From contig OZ037835.1 in assembly GCA_964035575.1 (NCBI GenBank), forward strand, positions 496,001-560,000: DNA of 64,000 nt. Direction: 5' to 3'. The position numbers were made by a program, and so were the translations under genes. The notes beneath the pieces are model-generated. The model was not told where the DNA came from. It ran no database searches and saw only the letters and a program-made list of their open reading frames with translations. How positions within the stretch are numbered: position 1 is the first letter of the stretch; each line of letters begins with the position of its first letter. The DNA comes from Rhynchopus sp. YZ270_cl-10. Taxonomy: Eukaryota. Positions 10,401 through 20,996 of this stretch are shown here, one piece after another.

Positions 10401-13043
10401 GGGACTCCGCTAGGTACTAAAGTTCTGTTGATTGTCAACAGAACTTTTTGAAAATGGGGGGGGGGAAAAAAGAAAAAAAAAAGTTCTGCTGAGTGGTTCA
10501 GACCCGTTCTACCTGTCAAAAAAGCTCAGGAGAAGAAGATATGGAGAGGTGAGTGCTCAAACGTCCCAAAAAAGTCAAAATCGGGCGTTGAAAAAAAAAA
10601 CCCTGTACTTCATTGGTCAGGGTTCTAGCTCAGAAGAAAAAAAAAAGAAACGGAAAAGGTGGCTCAAAAAAATTTTTCTGCGCTTCGCGCGCAGGGATTA
10701 CGCAGCTCCCCCAAAAATAAAAAAAGTACGTATGGATTTTCAACACGTACAATTCTAAGCAAAAACAATTAAAAACCGCGCGCGCTTCGCGCGCGCTCTC
10801 CCTGGCAAAGTTGGTTGAGAAGGGTTGTGAAAGTTCGAAGAACTGGAGAAATCATCAGTCATGGCATCCAAATGTTCCTGGCGAAGCCACGGTACGCAAC
10901 ATTTTTAAAAAATCTTGACATAAAATGGCACTTTCGTTGGTAACTATGGTCCAGTTCCGTAAACTTTACTTCCATATTTTGCTAAAACGAAAGTTTCTGG
11001 CGAAGCCACGGTACGCAACATTTCTAAAAATTGCGCTTAAAATTGCCTATTATGTCATGGGAAGGGTGTATTGCAATCTAGCGCCGCAGGCGCACGGTAC
11101 GCTACTTTTTTCTTTCGCCATGCTGCATGCTCCTTTTCCGGTAAAATAGAAAATTGTCTCCTACAAATAGAATTCTGTAGGGGGTAGGTGAGAGGTGGGG
11201 GCGGAGCCCCACTCCTCACCTACCCCACCCCAGCCCCAATCCAAAACCCAAATTACCTACGTATGGACACGTATGGATTCCACCTTTTCAAAAACAATTC
11301 ACGTATGGATTTCCATACGTTCCACACGTGGAGCGTAATCCCTGTTCGCGCGGAAAAATTGACCACGCCAAGTCGCTGTTTTTAACAGCAAAGGGGACTG
11401 GCTGACGACACTGAGGACCTCCTTGGCCAACCGGTTTTTTGCACCGTGTAAAAAAAACCCCCCCCCAAAAAAAAAAAAACAACGGAAAAGGTGGGCCACC
11501 TTTTCCGTTCTACTGAGCTAGGACCCTGCATTGGTCCCCACCAGTGGAGTCCCCCATACAGGAGGAAGGGAGGGGGTTCGCCCTCTCCCACCATACTACA
11601 CGCGAATATGACTCTCATTTTAAGGAGATATGATATGGCGATGGCTCAGTCGCGGGCTATGATGGATGAGGCGGTGACTGAGGATGAGTGGTGTGCTGCG
11701 GCCGACCTGGTGTCAGCTGCATGCACTCTATCGGGGCTGATCTCGCAGCTCACGATAGAGGTGGCAGAAGAGAAAACGGCGGTGCAACCGCCACATGACG
11801 AGACACCGCGGGCCGTAGCGCTTGCGATGTTGGTGCGAGCAGCAGCAGCGACTTGCACCGAAGACGAGACACCCGGCGCCTGCTTCCCCGCAGGAGCCAC
11901 CACAACAGCGACCCCCACCATGACGTGCGCCACCGGTGGGAAGGTCAAGACGCCTCACAAGGCGCTGAAGAACAAGCCCCCGCCGCCGCCCCCACCCGAC
12001 CGTGGGTTGACTGCAGCCAGGAAGCCAGTGCCGCCGCCGCCGCCCAATCGAGACTGGACGACAACGACCGCCATGAGCATTGCATGGAGTAACTCCGGCA
12101 TCACTTAGACGCGTGTAGTATAGTGGAGTTCATCTTCGGGTGTCTACACTAAAACAACCAAGTTTTCAAAAAAAAGTTGCGTACCGTGCGCCTGCGGCGC
12201 AAGTATGTACCCCACCACGTGGACCATCAACAGAACATTTTCAAAATCGGAAATCCTAGCGGAGAGCCTGGAAATATGTCAAAAAAAAAATGCTGTAAAG
12301 AAAAAGCAGTTTCTGCCCACAAAATACCCACGGGGCCTCGTGAAGAGGGCTGTACCGGTAGGTAGAAAGTGAGAAAGAAGCAAGAAGTTGGGTGTCTACA
12401 AGCATACCGGGATAAAATACACATTGCACTGAGAGTCTGCCTTCACCCACTGCTTCAACTCTTCCGCAAGAATCGCGTACTCACCCACCAGCGCCGGGGA
12501 CTTGATGGTGTGCAAATATTTGTAGTTCCTCTCGTGGGCTCCGTCACCCTCTTGAAATCCTTTCACGGTACTGCCTTCACTTCGTGTTGCGACTGTAGCA
12601 GAACCTTGCACGAAGATGGCGACGGCGAAGGATGGTTCACGGTCGTGGTAAATGAACTCCCCACGGTTGAACACCATTGAGTGTGCTGTCTCGGCAAGCT
12701 CAAGGACTAGGTTGCGTGGCCACATGCGGAAGACGTCGGAGGAGGACAGCGTTGTCGTCAACGTTGCAGCGCTGGTGTGCACCGTATCCCGCACAGCCTC
12801 TGCCCGCCGCCGCCGTGTCAGGTAGCACAACACCGCCGGCACGAAGAGGTTCTGCAGCACCCAGATGGCCTTTCTGTCGACCACTTTTGAGAACGCATCG
12901 TCCAACCCACACAACACATACCGCGACGGCAGCTGCACCCTCTCCGAGCCAAGCACGGAGCACGTCCCGCTGTTGCGATACCGTTCAACAGCTAAGCCGA
13001 GCGCTGTCTTAACATTACGGGAAGAGGGGGAAGTAGCGGACAT
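7500..13043 (-). CDS. Protein with three cNMP-binding-like domains, about 1148 aa; exon 1 = 13043-12408, exon 2 = 10310-7500
   Basis: ORF 13043-12396 encodes a cNMP domain cut at ...CNVYFIP|GTATG. Upstream of the TTG-started 929-aa ORF lies CCCACCAG|GGA AAT GAA TTC. A phase-0 join gives CNVYFIP-GNEFVKRLEQ, which completes the domain. Two further cNMP domains (FFGELSL; IFGYTCLL) and a long low-complexity tail follow. Confidence 0.88.
10618..11528. mobile_element. Non-autonomous TIR element B (hAT/P-like)
   Basis: 16-bp TIR CAGGGTTCTAGCTCAG / CTGAGCTAGGACCCTG (1 mismatch). Direct repeat CATTGGT at 10611-10617 and 11529-11535. Confidence 0.88.
10692..11344. mobile_element. hAT-like MITE C
   Basis: Perfect TIR CAGGGATTACGC / GCGTAATCCCTG. 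8-bp TSD TTCGCGCG at 10684-10691 and 11345-11352. Confidence 0.9.
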
Positions 13044-16000
13044 ATTCGTGCATAAGAGGGTCGCGGAGAAAGGGAGGAGGAGGAGGAGAAGGGTGAGGGG
13101 AACTTAGCTAGGGGGAGGTGACCTGATGTTATAATTGGGTTGTAAAGAATGTAGACCAAAAGTTGATTTGTTGGGCGGCTATTCTGGATGGATCCCCAGA
13201 CAGTTTCACAAGAGACAAAGTCCCTTCATACCAAAGCTTGACCAAGAAAAAACGAACGAGGAGGAGGGGAAATTCAAGGGGGGAAATAGTAGAACGCAGC
13301 AAAAAAAACACACAATATTCAATTTGACATTCACACACACGAAGGTAGGGCGCTGGATACACAAGTGCAGCATTTTTTTTCCCTTACATTTTTGGTACTT
13401 TTGTGGATTTAATATTTTTTTTTGTTAAAACGTTCCCCGACACACACCCCAAGCCACCCACAGCCTCAAGACACTTCAACGATTTTGAACAAAACTGAAA
13501 CAGTACGCACAAATACGACAGTAATACGCATGGCAAAGAAGACATGGTCTGTCGTTCGTCAAAAAAAAAAACAAAACAAAAAACAAAAACAAAAGGCAGT
13601 TATGAGGCAATTGATGCAACTTCGTGAAAAAAATCACCTTAATTGTCGTTCCCTCACCCCTTCTTGTAGTTGTTTGATGCGTTGACGCTGCTACATACAC
13701 GCTCTATATCTCACCTATTGCGTGTGTTGCGGAGCACGGTTGGGGGAGTGAACGATGTTGACACTTTTTCCGCTCACAAAATATCGTAAAAATCAAAAAT
13801 AAGATAAAAGGGTTGTGAGATGCCCCTGGGCCTTTGCAGATCTGTCAACATTTCAGAGCATCCGAACGCGCATTCGAAAAACGAAAACTCCCAAAAATCA
13901 AAAATCAAAAATCGGAAAACGCGCACGAGAAAACAAGAAAAAGTGTCACTTGTCGTTCCCTGACACCCCTTCTCGTAGTTGTTTGATGCGTTGACGCTTC
14001 CACACGGTTGGGTGAGTGAACGACGTGACACTTTCCGCTCATTTTCTTTCCTTACTTCAAAAACTCTCTCTTTTTTGTTTGATTTGGTTTTGGTTGAGAC
14101 ACATCAATGGTGTCGGTTCTGTGGAATCACTGAACCACCCATATCCTGTATCACATCGTTGATTGTTCTTTCCCTGCGTTGACTGCAGGAAAGTTCGCGA
14201 AAACTATCGCGACCAGCCATCGTCCGGCATATTTTTGAAAAAAGATGAACAAAAAACAGAGAGTAGACAGAAAAAGGCGTTTGTGTGAAAAAGATTTTTC
14301 TGTCAAGTGTTTTTGTGTGTTGGCGGAGAAGAAAACAGTTTACAATAAAAGACTCCTGCGTCGGTTTTCTCTTTCACACAAAGTAGTGTGCGTAAAAATA
14401 ATAAAACGAACGTTCGAAAAACCGGAACGCGAGTTCGGATACTATGTCATTTAAGGCACAAATAAATAGGGACACCTGAAGAAGGAAACAGCTCTGTCTA
14501 CCAGCGCACAATGCACGCTCTGCGAATAGAAGCAATGTGACTGTGAACAGACGAAAGTGAAGAAATACTTTAATGAAGTTGCAGGGCATTTTTTATCCAT
14601 AACAATTTTGATCAGGATTTTATTGTCTCTATTCTCTCAAACTCGAGGAAACAATATTCAAATATGGACAGGAACGGTGTCCTGCCACACTGCTTTTTTT
14701 GAAAAGGCAGGGTTCTGTACAGGTCCGGTCACTCGGTCGGTCTGACCGAGTCAGACGTTGACTCGGTCAGCCGTTTTTTTTTTTTTTTTTTTTATAAATC
14801 TCACACGGTGCAGTCTGTCCTGGAAATGTCGGACCCTTTTGTCGGAGTCCGAGGGGGTCCGACAGTCGGACCCCCTGAGTCCGACAGTCGGACTCAGGGG
14901 TCCGACTGTCGGACTCACAGTCGGACCCCTGAGTCCGACTGCCGGACCCTGGGGTCCGACAGGCACACCCAGGTGCCCAGGTGCCCAGGTACCCAGGTAC
15001 CCAGGTACCCAGGTCCAGGTCCAGGAACAGGTACCCAGGAACAGGAAAAGAGCAACCACAGCTCCACATGACAAACACAAAAGTGTCCAGTCACGTGGGG
15101 CATTCATGCACTGAGGAGATAATGATCCAACAATTTACAAGAAAGATTACTTAACCTACTGCTGGAAATTGCCAGGTCGTAGTAACACACAAAGTGTGCC
15201 TCCGTTCGGGAAGACCGGATATTCTAGAGACCAAAAAGGCCTCAAGAATATCTTCCGGTAGTCAAGGTATAACCGAGTGAACGGCCCAAGACCCCCGTGG
15301 AGAAGTTAAATGTTGTAATGCTATCAAGTAGAAACTGCGACCACTGTCTTACCCTCCTCAATGCATGGTGGAAGATGTCTTTGACAACCAATATCCTGTA
15401 CCCAGGTACCCATATTCCCAGACCCACGCAGTACCACGTCGCAGTACTACGCAAAATTTACCACCAGACCCTGTCTTCGTGCACCTGAAGTGCAACGCCG
15501 CAGACAGGCCAAACATGCGTTGGACTCAGAGGAATGCCCGCTGTGCAGGTATCAAACATGAGAACCAACTCCCAGCAACAAGGGGCGCCTTTTGGCGGGC
15601 GTTGTTGAGGGTGTTTGGGGTGCAAAGTTTTCCACAATTTTGATGCGCGGGTACAGAAGTGTTGTCTTGTTCTTTCATCTCTAGGAATGTAAATGTCAAT
15701 CGCGTTTAACTACCACGAGGGCTTGTTCAGTGAACCCACAAGGGGTCGAAGGGGGTTGGTTATCCCATATCTATCAAAGGTTGTGTCGACCAGGCGAATC
15801 CACTATGTTACGCTGTACGTTGTTAAATCCGAAGAAATAACGCTTTAGCAGCCGCAGGAAGTTTGTTAAAAAGAGTGCCTCACGCTACAGAAACTACCAC
15901 CCGCGATTGACTTAGATGTTATAACAAAGAGAATTCAGAACAAAACAACACCCTGCCCCATACACACTAAATTGTCATGCTTCAAGAGCATGCCTGGGCC

Positions 16001-16443
16001 AAAATTACTGTGACAAAAAGGCAACAAGACCACCCACAAGGAGTGTGAAATGTGCACTGGTTTTCTGGGGGAACGCAATATTTTCTTGTGCCTCGTCCTC
16101 CGCAAGCAGAGGACAGACTTTCCGGAAGGTTTCCAAAGTCGAATTTCTTGCACTAGCTATGCTCCCTGGGTTAAATGGCAATAGCAGTGACTGACAAAGT
16201 GTACCCATCCCCCTTCCACCCCAGATCTTAGTCCGCAAACTCAGAATGGATTGATGCGGGTGATACTCTTTGGATTTTGAGTTGCTGAATGTCGGAGACG
16301 CGGCGAGGCTTCTCATCACAATCGCAGATGCAGTTCAGATTTCACGATCCTGTGATGAGTGTAAATGTGGAGTGTGATTAATGAATGAAATGTATGGTGT
16401 AGAAACGCAGTTATCGGGAAAGGTGGGTTAATGTGGTAAAAAA

Positions 16444-17558
16444 AGTGGATAAAACTCGTGTAATTTTGTGAATTCCCACAAAGGTGGGTGATAATGTGCC
16501 CTTTTGTCACTCAATTGTAACCGAGAATGTATGGGAGAATGAAATTTTATTTCCCAACCCAACAACAACGATAAAGCGTGAAGACAATAAATGAAATCAA
16601 AGCGGAATAAATTTGAGGTTTTGTGAGGCACTCAACGAGTGTGCCGGCTCTGTGGCGTCACGGAGCCACCAACACTCCCCAGTCATTTTTCCTGCGCTTC
16701 CAGGAAAACTCGCGTTTGCGACCAGGCCGAAACGAAAAAATTTAATTCACAGCAAACAGGTGTGAGGGAGAAGAAAAGAAAGTGAACAAAAACGAAAAAA
16801 CAATGTTTTTCTGAAATGTGATGTTGTTGGGGTGGGGAGAATAAAACAGTTCCAGAAAAGCTCCTGCGTCGGTTTTCTTTTGGTTAAAAAAATCACTCAG
16901 TAAAAAAAAGAACTTTTTCATCACTCCCCTCAAACACCCTCAAACACTGCCAAAACGAAGAAGGACAGGATGTATGACACTTACGGATACCAAGTCTCAG
17001 CGGGTATGAGAAGCAAGGAGGTGTACAAGAAGAAATGGGACGAGTTCTTGCGGTTTTCAAACCTCGAGCGACTTGGTCCGCTTTGTATTGACACGGACCT
17101 CGACACCCCGACATGTACTGGCTTTTGAGAAAGGCAGTCGGTTCCTCGGTAGATTGCGTGCAAGTGAGGGAATATCCATCTGCTTGGAAGACGTCAAAAC
17201 ACCAAACATAGTATTTCGCGACATAAAGGGCAGATCAAATACTCACTGCCTTACATTCTCGGTTACAATTGAGTGACACAAAGGGCATATAATCTGCAAA
17301 ATTACACGAGTTTTATTTCACTGAGTTAGATAATTATTATCTCATGAAATAAAGTGAACATTATTTCACGAGGTGGTGGGTGACTCAAACTGGGGCTCAA
17401 CTTCACGAAGCGAGTGGAGTTCAGCATTTTGATTTCATGAGTGAAGTGAGTGTAATCATAAAAGTGATGTCACGAGCGATAGCGAGTGGGTATCACGTAT
17501 TCCAGTTTGTGAATCACCCATCAGTTAAATAATGTTCACTTTAGTTTTCGATACGTAA
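16444..17558 (+). mobile_element. Crypton-like (tyrosine recombinase) deletion derivative
   Basis: Inverted repeats 16444-16530 / 17252-17322 and an adjacent fold-back unit at 17337-17558. A short ORF from 16970 contains MRSKEVYKKKWDEFLRF, resembling the N-terminal core-binding helix of tyrosine recombinases and homologous to 20214-20441. Confidence 0.55.
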
Positions 17559-17692
17559 TTTTGAGTTGACGGTCTTGAAAACACTTCGCTGGCTGGTGTG
17601 TCAAACGGTATGTGTATGGTTTGCACGTAACGCTCTACGTATACGATACACACAACGCTATGCATAGGCGATACACGGTTCGTGTGCAGCGT

Positions 17693-17863
17693 ATGCAACG
17701 CAACGCAACCGATGTGTACGTAGCGATCTGTATGCAACGAACGCAACGCATGCATCGCAACGCAACCGATACATACGTAGCGATCTGTATGCAACGAACG
17801 CAACGCATGCAACGCAACGCAACCGATGCATACGTAGCGGTCTGTATGCAACGAACGCAACGC
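17693..17863. repeat. 57-bp minisatellite, 3 copies
   Basis: ATGCAACGCAACGCAACCGATnnnTACGTAGCGATCTGTATGCAACGAACGCAACGC at 17693, 17750 and 17807. Confidence 0.9.
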
Positions 17864-18520
17864 TATGTATATGCCATACACGCGTTAACCGCAACGAGCG
17901 CTTACGACGCGCTGCCCACCTTCGGTGGGCAGCGAAAACGGCGTCCTCGCGCCGCGGAAACACTCTTGCAGGCTCGTGTGGTTGATAACGGAACGGTCTG
18001 CACATGCGTTACACACAACGGTCTTCGTATACGATACACACAACGCTAAGCATAAGCGATACACGCGTTAACCGTATCGTGTGGTTACCAAACGCAGCCC
18101 ACCTGCGGTGGGCTGCTGCAACTCGTGCCGTGTGTGGCTCATGCATGGTTCTCACAGCGCACTGGCACGTTTCCCAAGCCGCAAACCCGGTCACCTGCCT
18201 GAAAAACCGGGTTTTTGGCCAAAACGCCTGTTTTGCCTGTAGAACCCTGTAGAAGCCTTAAGATACACGTGTTTTGCTAAGGCAAAAAGGGGTACTCGCG
18301 ACACCCTGGAATCAGGGTCTGCCAGGGGTCCCAGCTTCGTTGAAGCCGTAAACCCCCCAAAAAGTGTCCGATCTTTCCAAAGAAAACGTTTTTTTGGCTG
18401 TGCGAAGCTTCTACCCCTGAAAAAAAAAACCGGTTTTTGGTCGAAAACCCCCCCCGGGGGGGGGACTGAAGCGGGAGGACTGAAGCGGGGGGTAGGGGGG
18501 GTGGCGGATCGGCAAAGTTA

Positions 18521-19366
18521 ATATGGACTCGTCCGGAAACCCCTCTGGTAAGATTCATCCTTTTGGGTATTTTTGGGTTTTTTTGATGATGCCCCCCACA
18601 AAAAGTGCATCTAGGTGATATTCTGATATGAAAATAGGTTTTTGGGGGGGTCTGAGGCTATATTTTCGCTTTTTTAATCAGATTTTCAGCCTTTTATTGT
18701 CGTTCTTCTGGATCTCTTCTCTCTTTCTCTTAATCCTGCCATGCCGCCTTGACAAGGTTTCATTGACCTCTGTCAAATCTACTGGATCAATGCCAGGGAC
18801 TTTTGCTTTGCGGGTCACCTTGGATGTGGAGACTCCATAGTAAATACAGGTTCCCTCCGTGTCAGAGTACACGCTAGCTGAAATGACACGACCGTTGCTC
18901 GGGCAGCAGTACACAGACGAAAAGAGATTGATGGAAAGAAGGGTGCACTGATACGTATGAGTACGAGGGAATGAGATAACAAAGGCCTCTGTGTGGGGAA
19001 GCTCGCGCAGGGCACCGACAATGACCCCTACGGTAAGGATCTCCTGACAACAAGAATCATCAGAGAGAGGGTTCGAAACGACACCAAGTGTGCGTCGCAC
19101 CCATTCTTACCGTGTTTCTCGACAAAAAAGTGAACTTCACTGCTGTCATTGCCACGTTTTTTTTTTCCAAAAAATACGTAAAAAAATATAAGTAAAAAGG
19201 GGGAGAGGGGAAATAAACAAAAAGAAATGCCCAAATATGCCCTCTGGGGTGGTAGGTGTATGGTGGGTATCAAAAAATTGGGTTGTTTGGGTGTTTTGAG
19301 CAGAAAAACCTCAAAAAACCCCAAAAGGATGAATCTTACCAGGAGGGTTTCCGGACGGACCCATAT
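18521..19366. mobile_element. Inverted-repeat-bounded non-autonomous element
   Basis: Approximately 47-bp IR: ATATGGACTCGTCCGGAAACCCCTCTGGTAAGATTCATCCTTTTGGG, with its reverse complement at 19320-19366. Confidence 0.75.
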
Positions 19367-19372
19367 ATATTA

Positions 19373-19523
19373 TTATCGTGAATTTATTTTCCAGTATTTC
19401 ACGCACAGGTGGAAACAGCCCGAGGGGAAGCATTTTTTCCCGAGGGCGAAGCCCTCGGGGAAAAATGCTTCCCCGAGGGCTGTTTCCACCTGTAAGTGAA
19501 ATACTGGTATAAATTCACGAAAA
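19373..19523. repeat. Long imperfect palindrome (arms of about 75 bp) with a GC-GAA-GC loop
   Basis: ...AAGCATTTTTTCCCGAGGGC-GAA-GCCCTCGGGGAAAAATGCTT..., loop at 19448-19450. Confidence 0.92.
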
Positions 19524-19530
19524 TATATTA

Positions 19531-20996
19531 TTTTATCTCCAAATGAGACCATGAATTTCACAACCCGTTTTCACGTACAAAGAGAAGAGGGTGGGATGGT
19601 TATTTTTATGATGATTTTTGATTCAGTTTTTTTATGTGGAACTCTTAGCGCTGGACAGCGCCTTGAGCCAGAACTGGTGCAGCGGGTTTGTGGCGCTTAA
19701 GCGGCTGTACTTCTGATGAAGATGAGGAAGACGATGACGATGAGTCACTTGTGTTCGTGTCGGACTCACTCTCCACAGGTGCCCTCGTACGTTTTTGAGG
19801 TGTCATTTGGGATTTTGGAAGAATATTGGGAAAAAAAAACGGTGTGTATCCTTGGTTTGTGTGCTACAGAAAATTAACTGAAAAATGCGTTTGAGACCCC
19901 TAGAATGGCTCAAAATGCCTCTTTTCTGGCTTTAATTGCAAAATTGGGCCTCCAAAGGCCTCCAAAAAAATTTTCGAGAGTTCAGTTCTACGATTTTCTG
20001 AGCGTGAATTTATTTTTCTGAGCGTGAATTTATTTTTTGAGCGTGAAATACCGGAAAATAAATTCACGCACCTCCTTCACGATTTTGTGAAGGGGCGTGA
20101 AATTCATGGTCTCAAGCGGGGATAAAAACTAGAAAACACAAGTGTTTTCTAGAATTTTATACCACGCGTGAAAAACGTAAACAGGTGAAAAAGTGAGTGA
20201 AATAAGATTCGTTTTATTTCACGCAAATCGTGAAGGATTGGGTGGGGGAGTGAAATAAAAGATCACGGAGTGATCTGAAGGACACGACGTGTTCTTCCCT
20301 GTGCTCGTTCGCTCCTGAAAGTCTGTTGAAACGGAGGAAATCGTCCCATGTTTTCCTGTACTGCACACCACTGTTCATGTCGTCGAACAAGTTGTCATAT
20401 ACATCCTCCATCTCCGCAAACTTGCGCGTGGGTTTAGGCATGTGTGTAAGAGGCAATAAATAATCTGTAATTTGAAGTGTGGTGGTGTGAGGGGTGAAAT
20501 ACGTTTTTCACTTGTGGAATAAAATTACATATTGAGTGAAATAAGAACATTTTCTTGCACTTGCCACTAAAAAGGCACCCTCGTGACTCTCTCACTCTTA
20601 TTCCCCTCGCTTCGCTCGGGAAATAACGCACTCGGGCACCTTTTTAGTGGCGCGTGAAATAAAATAGTTCTTATTTCACTCGAATAAATAGTTATTATCT
20701 CACGGGCAATAATGTTGTGCTGCGTTTTCGAAATTCCTACAGTATATTTGACAAATGATGTATGACCACCTAGTACGGGGCGTCAAGGTTGGGTATGGTG
20801 AACAGTTCCTCGAAGTCCTATGACTGCAACCCTTTTGGTTGCATGCGCAGATCTCCTCCACATTGCTTTTGCGCCTACTCTCGGCATGGGTTTTGTTTTG
20901 TTCTTTGTGTGCGGAGATAATGTCTACTGTATTTTGTGTAATCTCCAGGAAGGAATTTCGAAAACGCGGCTAAATATTATTACACAAGTGAGATAA
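19531..20996. mobile_element. Abutting fold-back units, including a Crypton-like recombinase relic on the minus strand (20214-20441)
   Basis: IR pairs 19531-19561/20097-20127, 20153-20179/20500-20526 and 20695-20738/20951-20996, plus a hairpin at 20532-20684. Relic peptide MNSGVQYRKTWDDFLRFNRL...EEHVVSF. Confidence 0.6.

Larger units (their letters stand above)
10601..12175 (+). mobile_element. Retro-insertion with SL-like 5' end, a 166-aa ORF (11608-12108) and a poly(A) tail, itself interrupted by MITE B
   Basis: Sits in the internal A-run of MITE A, with A-runs on both sides. Starts ccCTGTACTTCATTG and ends ...AAGTTTTC-A8. Its 3' 50 nt recur four more times in the window. Confidence 0.65.
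10399..12270. mobile_element. hAT-like MITE A (interrupted copy of the 63037-63334 element)
   Basis: TIRs CAGGGACTCCGCTAGG / CCTAGCGGAGAGCCTG. 10399-10600 and 12168-12270 align with the two halves of 63037-63334. No TSD is preserved at this copy. Confidence 0.8.
10311..12407 (-). other. GT-AG spliceosomal intron, 2097 nt, phase 0
   Basis: Donor GTATGC at 12407 and acceptor TTTCTCCCACCAG ending at 10311. Splicing keeps the frame and restores a continuous domain. Confidence 0.85.
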
